From the NCBI GenBank assembly GCA_963802945.1, contig CAWDKY010000053.1, positions 32,001 to 96,000 of the forward strand: 64,000 nt of DNA. The letters are read 5' to 3'. How positions within the stretch are numbered: position 1 is the stretch's first letter; each line of letters starts with the position of its first letter. This stretch comes from an uncultured delta proteobacterium. GTDB lineage: Bacteria; Desulfobacterota; RBG-13-43-22. Position numbers and translations under genes: made by a program. The notes below the pieces were generated by a model. The model had not been told where the DNA came from. It ran no database searches and was given only the letters and a program-made list of their open reading frames with translations. Positions 1 through 8,942 of this stretch are shown here, in pieces.

Positions 1-509
1 ACGACCTCGATGCTGTCAGCCCCTGCCAGAATCGCTTCGATCACCTTTCGCATATAGCCAATTTTATTTCTGGTAGGGGTCCCTGTTCCGAAGGTAAAGC
101 CATCGTCCACTTCGGCACTCCACCAACCGTTTAAGGGAACTTGAAAACTGGACCGCTTCTTCCCTTGAATGAGAGTGATCTTCATTAATTTTTTCGCTCC
201 TACTGGGGCGTCTGGACCCTCAAAATATCCAAAATCGAATCCCTGGACTATGGATGCCGGAGAAATGGTGAACTCCAATGAAAGGTAGCCTATTGCCTGT
301 TTATCTTTACCATCCTGCGTACAAATAAATCTCAAGCGGGATATGCAAGGCGTTTCAAAAATCGTCAATTTTTGTTCTGTGTATACTTCCCTGAGGTCAT
401 ATTGATTGACCGAGTACTTCCAATTACCTTGAGCAGACAGGGAGTGCGGGCCGAAAAGCAGGATACCTGTTGTAATAAAGAAGGTTGCTCTGCAAAATGG
501 CTTTACCAT
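1..509 (-). CDS. Hypothetical exported protein, runs off the window edge; probable integron cassette gene
   Basis: Hand translation from ATG at 509 (MVKPFCRATFFITTGILLFGPHSLSAQGNW...) stays open to base 1; AGGAG RBS upstream; signal-peptide-like N-terminus; starts just after an attC core site. Confidence 0.7.
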   Translation of the reverse strand, partial: MVKPFCRATFFITTGILLFGPHSLSAQGNWKYSVNQYDLREVYTEQKLTIFETPCISRLRFICTQDGKDKQAIGYLSLEFTISPASIVQGFDFGYFEGPDAPVGAKKLMKITLIQGKKRSSFQVPLNGWWSAEVDDGFTFGTGTPTRNKIGYMRKVIEAILAGADSIEV

Positions 510-537
510 ATTAATGGTTCTCCTGATAGGCGATGAG

Positions 538-594
538 TCCTAACGTTGGAGTTCAGGGGCCGCTTTCAGGCCGGCCGCTGGAACGGCGTTTGGA
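538..594 (-). mobile_element. attC-like integron recombination site (57 bp)
   Basis: Minus strand TCCAAAC-gccgttccagcggccggcctgaaagcggcccctgaactccaac-GTTAGGA: near-complementary R''/R' ends and an internal imperfect palindrome, between two co-oriented genes. Confidence 0.65.
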
Positions 595-630
595 TTTCGC
601 TGCACCACGGGGATCTGATGACGGTTCTAA

Positions 631-1131
631 TCATTCAGCCGAGGCTCCAAGGAAGATCGTGCTCACTTTTCCATTCTGAAAGTGGAACATCAATCCCCCA
701 TAGATGGAACCTGCCACGAAGTTCCCGAAGTGTTTGCTATCCTCTCTATTCCAGTAGGGCTTGTAGGCTTTCATGACCTCCTGCTCGGTGCTCCCAATCC
801 GAATACCTTGCTTCGTAGTCAGAATGCTGGGACTGACCAAGGCAATTGAATTTATTGACTTAGGAGCACCTTTTTTCTCTGAGATCATACCGAGTGTAAT
901 ACCGCAACCGACAAACTCCCATTCTTGGTGATAAGCCCCATCAGCACCCCACAGCTTCTCTGGTCCACGTTTCAGGGCGCATTGAATGGTCTTCTTGACT
1001 TCTCCTACAGAGAGGCCAATACGAAGGTTACCTATTCGTTCTTCGCGAAGCAGAGCGAATTTATCTGCAGCAAAAGAAAGGCTATACACCAATCCAACAA
1101 GCATGAAGGAGGCGAAAATCTTCTTGAGCAT
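631..1131 (-). CDS. Hypothetical secreted protein (probable cassette gene)
   Basis: 166 aa, Sec-type signal peptide, GAGGAGG RBS, preceded by core site GTTAGGA (1147-1153) and followed by attC. Confidence 0.8.
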   Translation of the reverse strand: MLKKIFASFMLVGLVYSLSFAADKFALLREERIGNLRIGLSVGEVKKTIQCALKRGPEKLWGADGAYHQEWEFVGCGITLGMISEKKGAPKSINSIALVSPSILTTKQGIRIGSTEQEVMKAYKPYWNREDSKHFGNFVAGSIYGGLMFHFQNGKVSTIFLGASAE

Positions 1132-1238
1132 AGTTCCCTCCTCTCATCCTAACGGTGGAAACCCATAGGTTCGGCAAATTTCTTCAATGGGCTACGGTAA
1201 GATCTGCCCCCAACATCACAACATCGAACTTTTTTCTA

Positions 1239-1349
1239 TCAAGCCTTTTTTTTCGGTTGCTTGGCCAGCTTATCTTTTGCTTTTTGGTCTTGTCTGGTTG
1301 CCTTCTGTTTCTGACCCTTGTCCTTATCCTTCTTGCCTTTGTCTCCCAT
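1239..1349 (-). CDS. Small Lys-rich protein (36 aa)
   Basis: MGDKGKKDKDKGQKQKATRQDQKAKDKLAKQPKKKA*, with a strong GAAAGGAG RBS; below the ORF-track length cut-off. Confidence 0.6.
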   Translation of the reverse strand: MGDKGKKDKDKGQKQKATRQDQKAKDKLAKQPKKKA

Positions 1350-1435
1350 TGGGTAGCTCCTTTCCCTTCTGTGAGGTGTTATTTTTCACATATATCCCCA
1401 TAGTTCCCGGGCTTCTGAGTCGGGCCCAAGACCTG

Positions 1436-2296
1436 CTATTTAAATTCCACTACAATGGGATTGGCCATCTCCATTTTTAGTCCTTCAATTCCTTTTATCA
1501 ACTCTTTTGTCTCTTCGAACGTCTTGGGATTGGCTGCAATGATCTTTTCAAAAACATCTTTGTTTTCGATAAGCTTGCCGAAATTCAGATCTACCATGGT
1601 AAGTTCAGATTCTTTTTGATAGGTCGCATTGGTTTTAAGGATTGTGCCGTCTATCACGAGGGCGATCCTTATTCCCATATCCTTTAAAAGTGTCATCGCC
1701 ATCTCTGCGGCCTTGGGGTCCACTTTACCCTTATTCTGTATTTCTCCTTTATTCTGCACTTCTTCCTTGGGAACCTGAACTTCCTCTCCTTTCTTGTTCT
1801 TGGGCATCATCACGGTTAGAGTTGATACCGGTCCCTTCACGAATTTGAATAGGATGTCCTCTTCCTTGGCCGGTTTTTCTTCGCCAGCCCCGGGTTTTTT
1901 CGTCTTGTTTCCAGGATTCTGGTTTACTTTTAGCGTATTGATGTCCTTAAAGGCAAAAATGGCTTTATAGCCGCTCATGGTTTCAGTCTTCAGCGGGATT
2001 GCTGAAACGAATTTCACATCAGGGCCAAACTGCTTTTCACGTGATTGGGCATCCTTTATCATCCCCTGAACGGGGTCCTGTTTCTCTGTCTTGGCTTCGT
2101 TTTTGGTATCGTTGTCGCCGCCGGCAAACCCTTTCGACAGTTCCTGAAAAGAGTCCAAAAAAGAATTAGACAGCAGGAAAGTCTCCTCGATAACACCACT
2201 GCCGTCCGGTTTGATACGTATGACTGTATCGGTTTGGAAGCATCCGAATAAGAAAACAGAGCCTATGACCGCACAAAGTACTCTGAAATAACGCAT
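1436..2296 (-). CDS. Hypothetical lipoprotein
   Basis: Likely start MRYFRV at 2296 with AAGGAG RBS; lipobox FLFG-C. Confidence 0.8.
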   Translation of the reverse strand: MRYFRVLCAVIGSVFLFGCFQTDTVIRIKPDGSGVIEETFLLSNSFLDSFQELSKGFAGGDNDTKNEAKTEKQDPVQGMIKDAQSREKQFGPDVKFVSAIPLKTETMSGYKAIFAFKDINTLKVNQNPGNKTKKPGAGEEKPAKEEDILFKFVKGPVSTLTVMMPKNKKGEEVQVPKEEVQNKGEIQNKGKVDPKAAEMAMTLLKDMGIRIALVIDGTILKTNATYQKESELTMVDLNFGKLIENKDVFEKIIAANPKTFEETKELIKGIEGLKMEMANPIVVEFK

Positions 2297-2346
2297 TTGG
2301 ATCTCCTTCCCCCTGTTGGCTCCTGTTTGGACCGTTGGCCGAAAAC

Positions 2347-2766
2347 TCAATTGATCCGCAATAGGGTTGCAGAATCGTGAGCCATGGCCGATACGATCTT
2401 CCAGTTATTGTCCGTCTTGCGTAACGTGTAGGTGTAGGTATAGGTTTTCCCTGTTCCCCCAAGTTGCTCCCCTTCCGAGGAGTAACGTTCTAAAATGACG
2501 CTCACCATGGCCAGTCCTTTACTCATCTGTCTGGCGTGGAGGTCAATGATATCCGTTCGTGCATATTTGTTTTCTCTCAGGATATCCATATTCCGGGCAA
2601 AGCTGTCCTCTATCTCAGCCGGTGTGCCCAAAACCCGCACTTCCCGGGACGATATGGACATAAAGGGGACCTGGTAAAAGGGAAGGATAGCCTTAGGGTT
2701 GAGCGATTGGAAAGCCTGAACATAATTTTGATAGGTCTGAATGATTTTTTCTTTTTCGTTATTCAT
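2347..2766 (-). CDS. NTF2-like (SnoaL/DUF4440-type) protein
   Basis: 139 aa; N-terminal helix YQNYVQAF and C-terminal YTLRKTDNNWKIVS typical of the NTF2 fold. Confidence 0.65.
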   Translation of the reverse strand: MNNEKEKIIQTYQNYVQAFQSLNPKAILPFYQVPFMSISSREVRVLGTPAEIEDSFARNMDILRENKYARTDIIDLHARQMSKGLAMVSVILERYSSEGEQLGGTGKTYTYTYTLRKTDNNWKIVSAMAHDSATLLRIN

Positions 2767-2825
2767 GGGGATTCATTTCTCCTTTTTCTACATAACTCTG
2801 AGGTTATTGTAAATTTCACAACTCC

Positions 2826-3091
2826 CGTCACCCCGGCGAAACCCGGGGTCTAGGATGCATCGAAAAACTGGATTCCGGCTTTCGAGACTGTGTCGTAATA
2901 GCGGACAGCGCCATCAAAGCCGTCATGCCGGCGAAAGCCGGCATCCAGACGTCGTCCCGGCGAAAGCCGGGAACCAGACCCATATCCCCTGGATTCCCCC
3001 GGATCGAGTCCGGGGCAGGCTCCTCGTCGCGCTTCGCTTGCACGGAATGACAAAAATATAATTGCGACACAGTCCCTTAGCCGGAATGACG
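2826..3091. repeat. Cluster of REP-like palindromes with a nested MITE-like unit (2884-3076)
   Basis: gtcaccccggcgaaacccggggtc, gtcatgccggcgaaagccggcatccag and gtcccggcgaaagccgggaacc; inverted ends GAGACTGTGTCGTAAT / ATTGCGACACAGTCCC. Confidence 0.8.
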
Positions 3092-3127
3092 TCTCGGGAC
3101 TTTTGCAAAAGACAACTCTGACACGTT

Positions 3128-3409
3128 TTATTGATTGATCTTTAGTTTAAAATCGTCCCGTTCTTTTTCCAAATCCCGCAACAACTTCAAGACCCGATCA
3201 AAATCCTTGCCCATCGATTTCTTTGAATCATCCGCGTTCTTCCAGATGATCTCGAACGGACCTTCGACATCCGTGGAAAGGACATCCCAGAGCGCATCGA
3301 GATTGCGCCCGAAATGCTCCGGCAGATCAATGAGGATCGAGATCCGATCATAGAGATCGTCGAGCGAACCTATTGTTTTCCCATTTAACGTGCATCGTTT
3401 TATCGGCAT
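3128..3409 (-). CDS. Barstar family ribonuclease inhibitor
   Basis: Signature LPEHFGRNLDALWDVL; overlaps the end of the upstream RNase gene. Confidence 0.9.
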   Translation of the reverse strand: MPIKRCTLNGKTIGSLDDLYDRISILIDLPEHFGRNLDALWDVLSTDVEGPFEIIWKNADDSKKSMGKDFDRVLKLLRDLEKERDDFKLKINQ

Positions 3410-3870
3410 GCCGGCACCTCCATAAAGGTCTTGTAGTGATCCACGGTCACAAATCGTTTTCCATCGCCGGAAAAAATAAGGCGTTTGCCGCCCCGGTGTC
3501 CGCCCTTATAGTCGAGGTCCGCCTCGCGCCATTGATTATCGGGCAATCGGCCCTCCAGGTTCTTGAAATGGTCTCCGCCCATGCTCGCGCCTCTGAGTGC
3601 GCTCACTAACCAAAGGTCCATTCCGGGTCTCCATCCCTGTGACCGGGCCTCATACTTGTTCACGAACTTAGGCGGGAGCCTTTTATTATTCGTCATGTTC
3701 AGACTGCGAAGTATTTCGGTCAGCTCCTGCTCGTCGATTCCGGACGAGAGCCGCGCATTGACTGCCTGGACGACCTTCTCACAGGATTCGGCATAGGCCG
3801 GCGTCTGCAGGAAGAGGCCTGTCAAAAATAAGAAAAGAATAGCTGATCTAATCAGTATACGTTGTTTCAT
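3400..3870 (-). CDS. Secreted barnase-family (N1/T1-like) ribonuclease
   Basis: Signal peptide; WREADLDYKGGHRG..RLIFS..DHYKTF matches the barnase catalytic Glu/Arg/His motifs. Confidence 0.88.
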   Translation of the reverse strand: MKQRILIRSAILFLFLTGLFLQTPAYAESCEKVVQAVNARLSSGIDEQELTEILRSLNMTNNKRLPPKFVNKYEARSQGWRPGMDLWLVSALRGASMGGDHFKNLEGRLPDNQWREADLDYKGGHRGGKRLIFSGDGKRFVTVDHYKTFMEVPACR

Positions 3871-4003
3871 TGAATGCTCTCCATTTGATTTTAGGCGACA
3901 TCAGGCCCGGTTGATTCGAACCGAAACCTGATTTCCGCATCCACGACTCCTCTTTTAGGTAGCCAGTTATTCTACAATCTCTGATTGGTGTGATCCCCGG
4001 CGC

Positions 4004-4687
4004 TTAAGGCTTGAGACCCCGGTGTGCCTTCCAGTATTGGTATTCATAAGGCCATTCCTCTTTACGCCAGAGCATCAGAGAACGCATTCGCTCATTGAAC
4101 TTTCGGGTGACCTCTTTGTACTTAGGATTGGTTTCTTTGGCGCTCCAGGCCTCCACCAGTCTCTTGCCCAGGGCAAAGGCCTTTTCTCTTGTTTTCGAAG
4201 GAAAGTCGTAATCCTTTATCCGCCCCATCGTCGCCCATACAGCGCCTACCGGGATAGCCCCGGTGGTGGCCAGAAAATGCTGCATGTAGTCCGCGATGGG
4301 CGCCTCATCCCCTCCACCAGAGGTTACCACGGCCACGCCATATTTCCCCTCGAAACTCTGGCAATGGACCACGCCGCAACAGCGGTCAAGGAAGGCCTTC
4401 AATTGGGCGCTGACATGAAAGATATAGTTGGGACTGGCGAGAATGATACCGTCGGCCTTATCGACACTCTCCTTGATCGTTCTGAATAAATCCTTCTGTG
4501 GACAGGCACCTACTCTGTGGCAGGTGTTGCAGGCCTTGCACGGTTTTACCTCCTGTCCTTTGATGGCAAAAACCTCGGTAGCGGCTCCAAGGCTCTCAGC
4601 CCCCTGAAGCACTATCTTCATCAGGGCGCCCGTAGCCCCATTTGTTCCTCTCGGGCTGCCAATAACGGCTGTAATCTTCATAATCAT
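4004..4687 (-). CDS. Flavodoxin-like NADPH-dependent FMN reductase / iron-sulfur flavoprotein
   Basis: GSPR..GAT, CKACNTC..C, ASPNY, LKAFLDR; AGGAGG RBS favours a start near 4687/4681. Confidence 0.85.
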   Translation of the reverse strand: MIMKITAVIGSPRGTNGATGALMKIVLQGAESLGAATEVFAIKGQEVKPCKACNTCHRVGACPQKDLFRTIKESVDKADGIILASPNYIFHVSAQLKAFLDRCCGVVHCQSFEGKYGVAVVTSGGGDEAPIADYMQHFLATTGAIPVGAVWATMGRIKDYDFPSKTREKAFALGKRLVEAWSAKETNPKYKEVTRKFNERMRSLMLWRKEEWPYEYQYWKAHRGLKP

Positions 4688-4742
4688 TCTCCTCCTTGTA
4701 GGCCTTGTCCCTATTTTTTTCATGTTCAGTCTTTTTATGACT

Positions 4743-4806
4743 GGCTAACTCCAGAGCTAACCCGTCGACCGTTTACAGGCAGACCTGGTTGAGCGATTGG
4801 TTAGAT
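4743..4806 (-). mobile_element. attC integron recombination site (64 bp)
   Basis: Minus strand ATCTAAC-CAATCGCTCAACCAGGTCTGCCTGTAAACGGTCGACGGGTTAGCTCTGGA-GTTAGCC; the antitoxin ORF reads into it. Confidence 0.75.
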
Positions 4807-5110
4807 TTTGTGCCTTATGAATCTTTGCTTTTTTAACCAGCCGTAACTCAAGACGGCAGCCGAGGACCTGTGCATATTTTTGCAGTGTGGCGAGCGAAGG
4901 TAGGTGTTTCCCACTGCCGGATTCCAATCGCGCAATTGCCGATTGAGTTGTGCCGATGCGCTCGGCAATCTGAGTCTGAGTCAGACTGGCAGCAGATCGA
5001 GCTTCTAAAAACTGATCAAGGAAGTTGAATTCTTCATCAAGCCGGTCGTATTCAGCCTTTACGTCGGCTCGTGCGAGGGCGCGGGCCTTAAGTTCTTTAT
5101 GATTTAGCAT
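4757..5110 (-). CDS. XRE/HTH antitoxin (HigA-like)
   Basis: LTQTQIAERIGTTQSAIARLESG..PSLATL helix-turn-helix; downstream of and overlapping the toxin. Confidence 0.88.
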   Translation of the reverse strand: MLNHKELKARALARADVKAEYDRLDEEFNFLDQFLEARSAASLTQTQIAERIGTTQSAIARLESGSGKHLPSLATLQKYAQVLGCRLELRLVKKAKIHKAQNLTNRSTRSACKRSTG

Positions 5111-5429
5111 TTTTGATCTCCTTCATTCTCCTTCGAGCTATGGCCAGTTCTTTGGACATGGTCTTTTCGGATTTTTTTATGAACTGGTGGAGGATTACAA
5201 TCCTTCTTCCAATAATAGTGCCGTACAATACTCTCGCAATTCCCTCCGAGGCTTTGAGTCGCAATTCAAATAACCCATCACCCATGGCGCGAGTGTGAGG
5301 CATACCCAAGTCTGGGCCGTATATCTCCATCCGATCCGAGTATCTAAGGTAGCGGGCAAGAAGACCCTTGGGTAAAGCAAGAATTTTAAGCTGAACTGAC
5401 TCGCTGTAATAGGTGATCGTCCAATTCAT
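5097..5429 (-). CDS. RelE/ParE-family toxin (HigB/Gp49-like)
   Basis: GMPHTRAMGDGLFELR..ARVLY..ILHQFIKKSEKT; toxin-first gene order. Confidence 0.88.
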   Translation of the reverse strand: MNWTITYYSESVQLKILALPKGLLARYLRYSDRMEIYGPDLGMPHTRAMGDGLFELRLKASEGIARVLYGTIIGRRIVILHQFIKKSEKTMSKELAIARRRMKEIKNAKS

Positions 5430-5435
5430 GATTAC

Positions 5436-5464
5436 AATATAGCAGAAATGCTATATTCTGTCCA
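5436..5464 (-). promoter_or_regulatory. TA promoter with overlapping palindromic operator
   Basis: Minus strand TGGACA-N17-TATATT, 6 nt before the ATG (leaderless); operator AATATAGCA-GAAA-TGCTATATT at 5436-5457. Confidence 0.65.
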
Positions 5465-5543
5465 GTGAAAGTTTTTTTAATAAGTTGCGTGGCCTATCCA
5501 AATGGTGGTCTCGGTAGGGAGTACGCCAGACCTGATTTGGAAT

Positions 5544-5682
5544 GAAATATCAATTGGCTCGCGGCATTGATGTTCTGCTTAAAAGTTTCTTTTGGGGGGT
5601 AGAATGGTCGCTTTAAGACCCTTTTTACCCACCACTTTATATAATTCATTAAGAATTCAATTTGTTAATTTAGTCCGACCCC
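5544..5682. repeat. Dispersed intergenic repeat, partial copy D
   Basis: gaaatatcaattggctcgcggcattgatgttctgcttaaaagtttcttttggggggtagaatggtc...tccgacccc aligns with the copies near 6050 and 7690. Confidence 0.75.
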
Positions 5683-5945
5683 TATCCAGAGATACTTTCT
5701 ACCGGCTTTTGACCGATTTCTACGACTTCAATCGTTCCTAGATCTTTCCAGTGCTCAAGCCACTTATTAAATAGTGATGGGTCGTTTGTTTCCATTAACT
5801 GAAAGCACCGAGCACCGTCTTTCTCGAGCCAACTGTTTAAGTAGTGGAGTCCTTCCGGCAACATTCTGCCTTTCTTTTGGAACCGCTCGTAAATTTTATC
5901 TTTGCATCCCGGTTTGAACGTCTCGATGACCATGTACTGCTTCAT
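5682..5945 (-). CDS. DUF3303-like small protein
   Basis: Start MKQYMVIETF at 5945 with GGAG RBS; GRMLPEGL..SW..CFQLME..W.DL motif; the longer ORF is an extension into a repeat. Confidence 0.75.
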   Translation of the reverse strand: MKQYMVIETFKPGCKDKIYERFQKKGRMLPEGLHYLNSWLEKDGARCFQLMETNDPSLFNKWLEHWKDLGTIEVVEIGQKPVESISG

Positions 5946-5961
5946 TTTCCTGTTCTCCCAT

Positions 5962-6140
5962 GGCGCTAATGCGTCGTTGAACCTTGGCACGATCTGCGGT
6001 GCCGAAGGCACATGTGTATTTGAGGTCGGACCAAACCAGCCCCTGAAATATCGATTGGCCACCGCCATCTGTGTTTTGCTTAGAACCTTCTTTTGGAGGA
6101 TAAAATGATAATTCATTCCTTTGGCCTGGTTCGATCCCCC
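5962..6140. repeat. Dispersed intergenic repeat, copy A
   Basis: cgttgaaccttggcacgatctgcggtgccgaaggcacatgtgtatttgaggtcggaccaaaccagc... homologous to copy B. Confidence 0.8.
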
Positions 6141-6234
6141 ATTTTCTATTTAAAGAAAATTGCTTTTTATCACATATTATATTAATCTTAAAAAGAATTA
6201 TTTGCAAATTTAAACCTAATCAGAGAGGGGACTA

Positions 6235-7215
6235 ATGAAAAAGATTATTGCACTGTCATGTGGAAGCCCAAGCGGAAACTGCGAAACCTTTATCAGGGCA
6301 GCTGCCGTGGGAGCAGAGGAGTTTGGAATCGAGACCGAGATTATTCGTGCCATGGCGATGAAAGTATTGCCCTTTCCCGGAAGACCCAAGGAAGACGATG
6401 TTAATTGGATCCTCGAAAAAACGGTTGTAGAAGACTGCTCTTTGATCGTCGCTGTTCCCACTTATTATGTCAAGGCCACCGGGATACTTTACAGCATTAG
6501 TGAGAGGATGCTTGGCCTTTGCGTACGGTCTCCGGAAGTCCTGAAAAAAACTAGGGTGGGCGCGGTTATCGGTGTCGGCGGTTCGGGATATGACTCCTGG
6601 GCCAGTCTGACCAATATCTCGACACAGATCTTTGTTCAGCATACCCGCAAAATAGTTGACCAGATACAAATTAATTTCTGCGGATTGAGGGAATGGAATC
6701 TGTGGATGCAACAGGGGGGTCCGCTGACAAGCCATACCCATTTAAACAGAATCATAGACACAGACTACAAGGATGCCCGGGATTTGTGGGGTAAACAGGT
6801 GAGCGCAGCGGAATTTTATAGAATGGCCATTGAGCGAGCCAAAGAATTAGGACGGAATGTTGCCCGGGCAATGGATAAACCGATAGAGGAAGTGGAGTAT
6901 TTAGGTGAAGAAGCGGCGGTGTCCTGTCCCCTTTGCCATAGCAACGTACTTCTGGTCCCTGAGGCCTTGCCCTATGTGGGTTGTCCGATATGCTGGATAC
7001 GAGGGGTTATTACCGTGGATAACGGCAAGATGAAGGTGGAGTGGAATATGAAGGACGTCGAACTCCCCAGATTTTCTTATGAGGGAATGTTACATCATAT
7101 GGAATGGCTGCGCCAAGATGGTGAAAGGCGGCAACAGGATCAGAAAGAAATGGATGAACTGAAAAACAGCGTCCTACCCCACGGTAAACTCATCGGTCCA
7201 GAAAAGGATATTTAG
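6235..7215 (+). CDS. Flavodoxin-family NAD(P)H-dependent oxidoreductase with C-terminal CPxC..CPxC
   Basis: IIALSCGSPSGNCE, AVPTYY, AKELGRNVA, CPLCHS..CPICW. Confidence 0.75.
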   Translation: MKKIIALSCGSPSGNCETFIRAAAVGAEEFGIETEIIRAMAMKVLPFPGRPKEDDVNWILEKTVVEDCSLIVAVPTYYVKATGILYSISERMLGLCVRSPEVLKKTRVGAVIGVGGSGYDSWASLTNISTQIFVQHTRKIVDQIQINFCGLREWNLWMQQGGPLTSHTHLNRIIDTDYKDARDLWGKQVSAAEFYRMAIERAKELGRNVARAMDKPIEEVEYLGEEAAVSCPLCHSNVLLVPEALPYVGCPICWIRGVITVDNGKMKVEWNMKDVELPRFSYEGMLHHMEWLRQDGERRQQDQKEMDELKNSVLPHGKLIGPEKDI

Positions 7216-7349
7216 CCTGTGCAGTTTTCTTTGAAAATAATTCCACAAGCAAGATATCTGGGAATTCAAAACTCCCCTATGTCCTCACGTCCCCATTGGG
7301 TCCGACCTCCTCGACTGTTAATTCTTTCTGTACCACCTAACCCATATTC

Positions 7350-7562
7350 TCATTTGACTTTGACACGAATTTTATTTTTTCCAAATTCTACGACATCCCC
7401 TGAAAAGATCTTTTTTCGTTTCCTGGTTTCAACCTTTCCATTTACTATGACTTGACTTTCAGAAATCACATATTTCGCTTCACCACCGCTAGCGACCATA
7501 TTTCCGAACTTCAAGATTTTATAGAGCTCAATTGGTTCTTCTGATATTTCAATTTCTCTCAT
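7350..7562 (-). CDS. S4-domain RNA-binding protein (YaaA/YbcJ family)
   Basis: IELYKILK..SGGEAK..V.VNGKVETRKRKKI..GD. Confidence 0.9.
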   Translation of the reverse strand: MREIEISEEPIELYKILKFGNMVASGGEAKYVISESQVIVNGKVETRKRKKIFSGDVVEFGKNKIRVKVK

Positions 7563-7595
7563 TACATAACACTCAGTCTTAATGTCATTTGAATA

Positions 7596-7820
7596 CGCAG
7601 AATACTACGTTGACCCGTGGCACGATGCTTGCGGTGTCGAAGGCATATGTGTATTTCGAGGTCGGAGCAAACCAGCCTCTGGAATATCGATTGACTCGCG
7701 GCATCGGTGTTCTGCTTAAAAGCTTCTTTTCGGGGGTAGAATGGTCACATTAAGGCACTTCCCCCCTATCATTTTTTATATCATGCATTGAGGATTCAAT
7801 TCCTGGCCTGATCCGACCCC
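7596..7820. repeat. Dispersed intergenic repeat, copy B (longest)
   Basis: Shares its left part with copies A and C and its right part with D; ends atccgacccc. Confidence 0.8.
7618..7632 (+). promoter_or_regulatory. Sigma-54 consensus match inside the repeat
   Basis: TGGCAC-GATGC-TTGC is an exact -24/-12 consensus; function unproven. Confidence 0.35.
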
Positions 7821-8008
7821 CATCCACAGATGTTTCAGCTCAGTTTCACGATATAGGATAGAACATACTTAAAATAAAGATAAAGAGGCCACTCAGCGCC
7901 ATGAATTTATATAGGTTATCAGTAGGAAGATTCGGAATATTCATGAGTCCCTCGTCAAAATTTAAAGATATGGTAGATTCTACTTGCATTGTCAAAATCT
8001 AAATGTCC

Positions 8009-8902
8009 TTAATTGTTTTTGTTATGCAACTGGTCCGCAATCTTTTCCCGTTCTATAAAATGTAGTGCCTCTAGAATACCCACGAAAGAATCACCAATAT
8101 GATTACCCTCGAATTCAAGATATTCCCAGTCTCCAAGCAAACCCTTCTCTATTTTAGTCCCAGATTCCACTAGCAAAACCAGCGCATATCCTTTTGCAAG
8201 AGAAAAGGCTAATTCATCTCTAGTCCATATAGATTCTCCATCTGCCGTTATTAGGTAGATTAGGAAGTCCAAAGGCTGCTCCAAACGAGTTATGACCTTT
8301 TGATCTACACGACGTGGTTCATAACCAGCTCCCGTAATGACAGTTACACCCAACAGTTCAAGAAATCTCGATAGTTCGAGAGCTAAAGCTTTTGACCGAG
8401 AGTTAAAACGATACGACAGGAAGCAAGAAAGTTGTTTTTTATTTTCTACCAGTTTCTTTTCCAGTGTATGAAGCCGTTCCTCAATTGCCAAGATTGCGCT
8501 ATCCTTATTTTCAGCAAGTTCAGTGCGTTCCAGTTGAAGACATTCCTCAATTGTTTTGAATATTATTTCAAACTTCTCCGAACTCGATAAGTTCAGGCCT
8601 ACTTGCAGTACACCACGAACTGGCTGAAAAACAATAATATTTGAACGCCCATATTCCTCACCGGGGTCGGCAAAATGGAAGTTCAGGCGCTCTGGATGTT
8701 TTTCAATTTCACAAATGCTCTTAAGCGCTACGACAGTCAAAACCTTAGACTCCTCAATGTTATCATCAATTCGATATTCCCCGCCAATCGAAAACCTATC
8801 GGAAGCCAAACTTAGTTGCGAGATAATCATCTCAAAACAGTTAGCGATTTGATTTGGCTGAAACCTGCGTTGTTTGTAGTATCGGTATGCTGTGAAGCTC
8901 AT
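8009..8902 (-). CDS. Protein with a C-terminal TIR-like domain (putative defence gene)
   Basis: CFLSYRF, DFLIYLIT..S.WTRDELAFS..KG.ALVLLVE fit the TIR FxSY and WxxxE motifs; coiled-coil linker; AT-rich. Confidence 0.6.
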   Translation of the reverse strand: MSFTAYRYYKQRRFQPNQIANCFEMIISQLSLASDRFSIGGEYRIDDNIEESKVLTVVALKSICEIEKHPERLNFHFADPGEEYGRSNIIVFQPVRGVLQVGLNLSSSEKFEIIFKTIEECLQLERTELAENKDSAILAIEERLHTLEKKLVENKKQLSCFLSYRFNSRSKALALELSRFLELLGVTVITGAGYEPRRVDQKVITRLEQPLDFLIYLITADGESIWTRDELAFSLAKGYALVLLVESGTKIEKGLLGDWEYLEFEGNHIGDSFVGILEALHFIEREKIADQLHNKNN

Positions 8903-8942
8903 AGTTCCTCCCTATTGAAAAAACTCAAAATGTGAAAATGAA

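Noticed and set aside
2828-3108. Four overlapping short ORFs
   Set aside because: They are by-products of GC-rich palindromic repeats.
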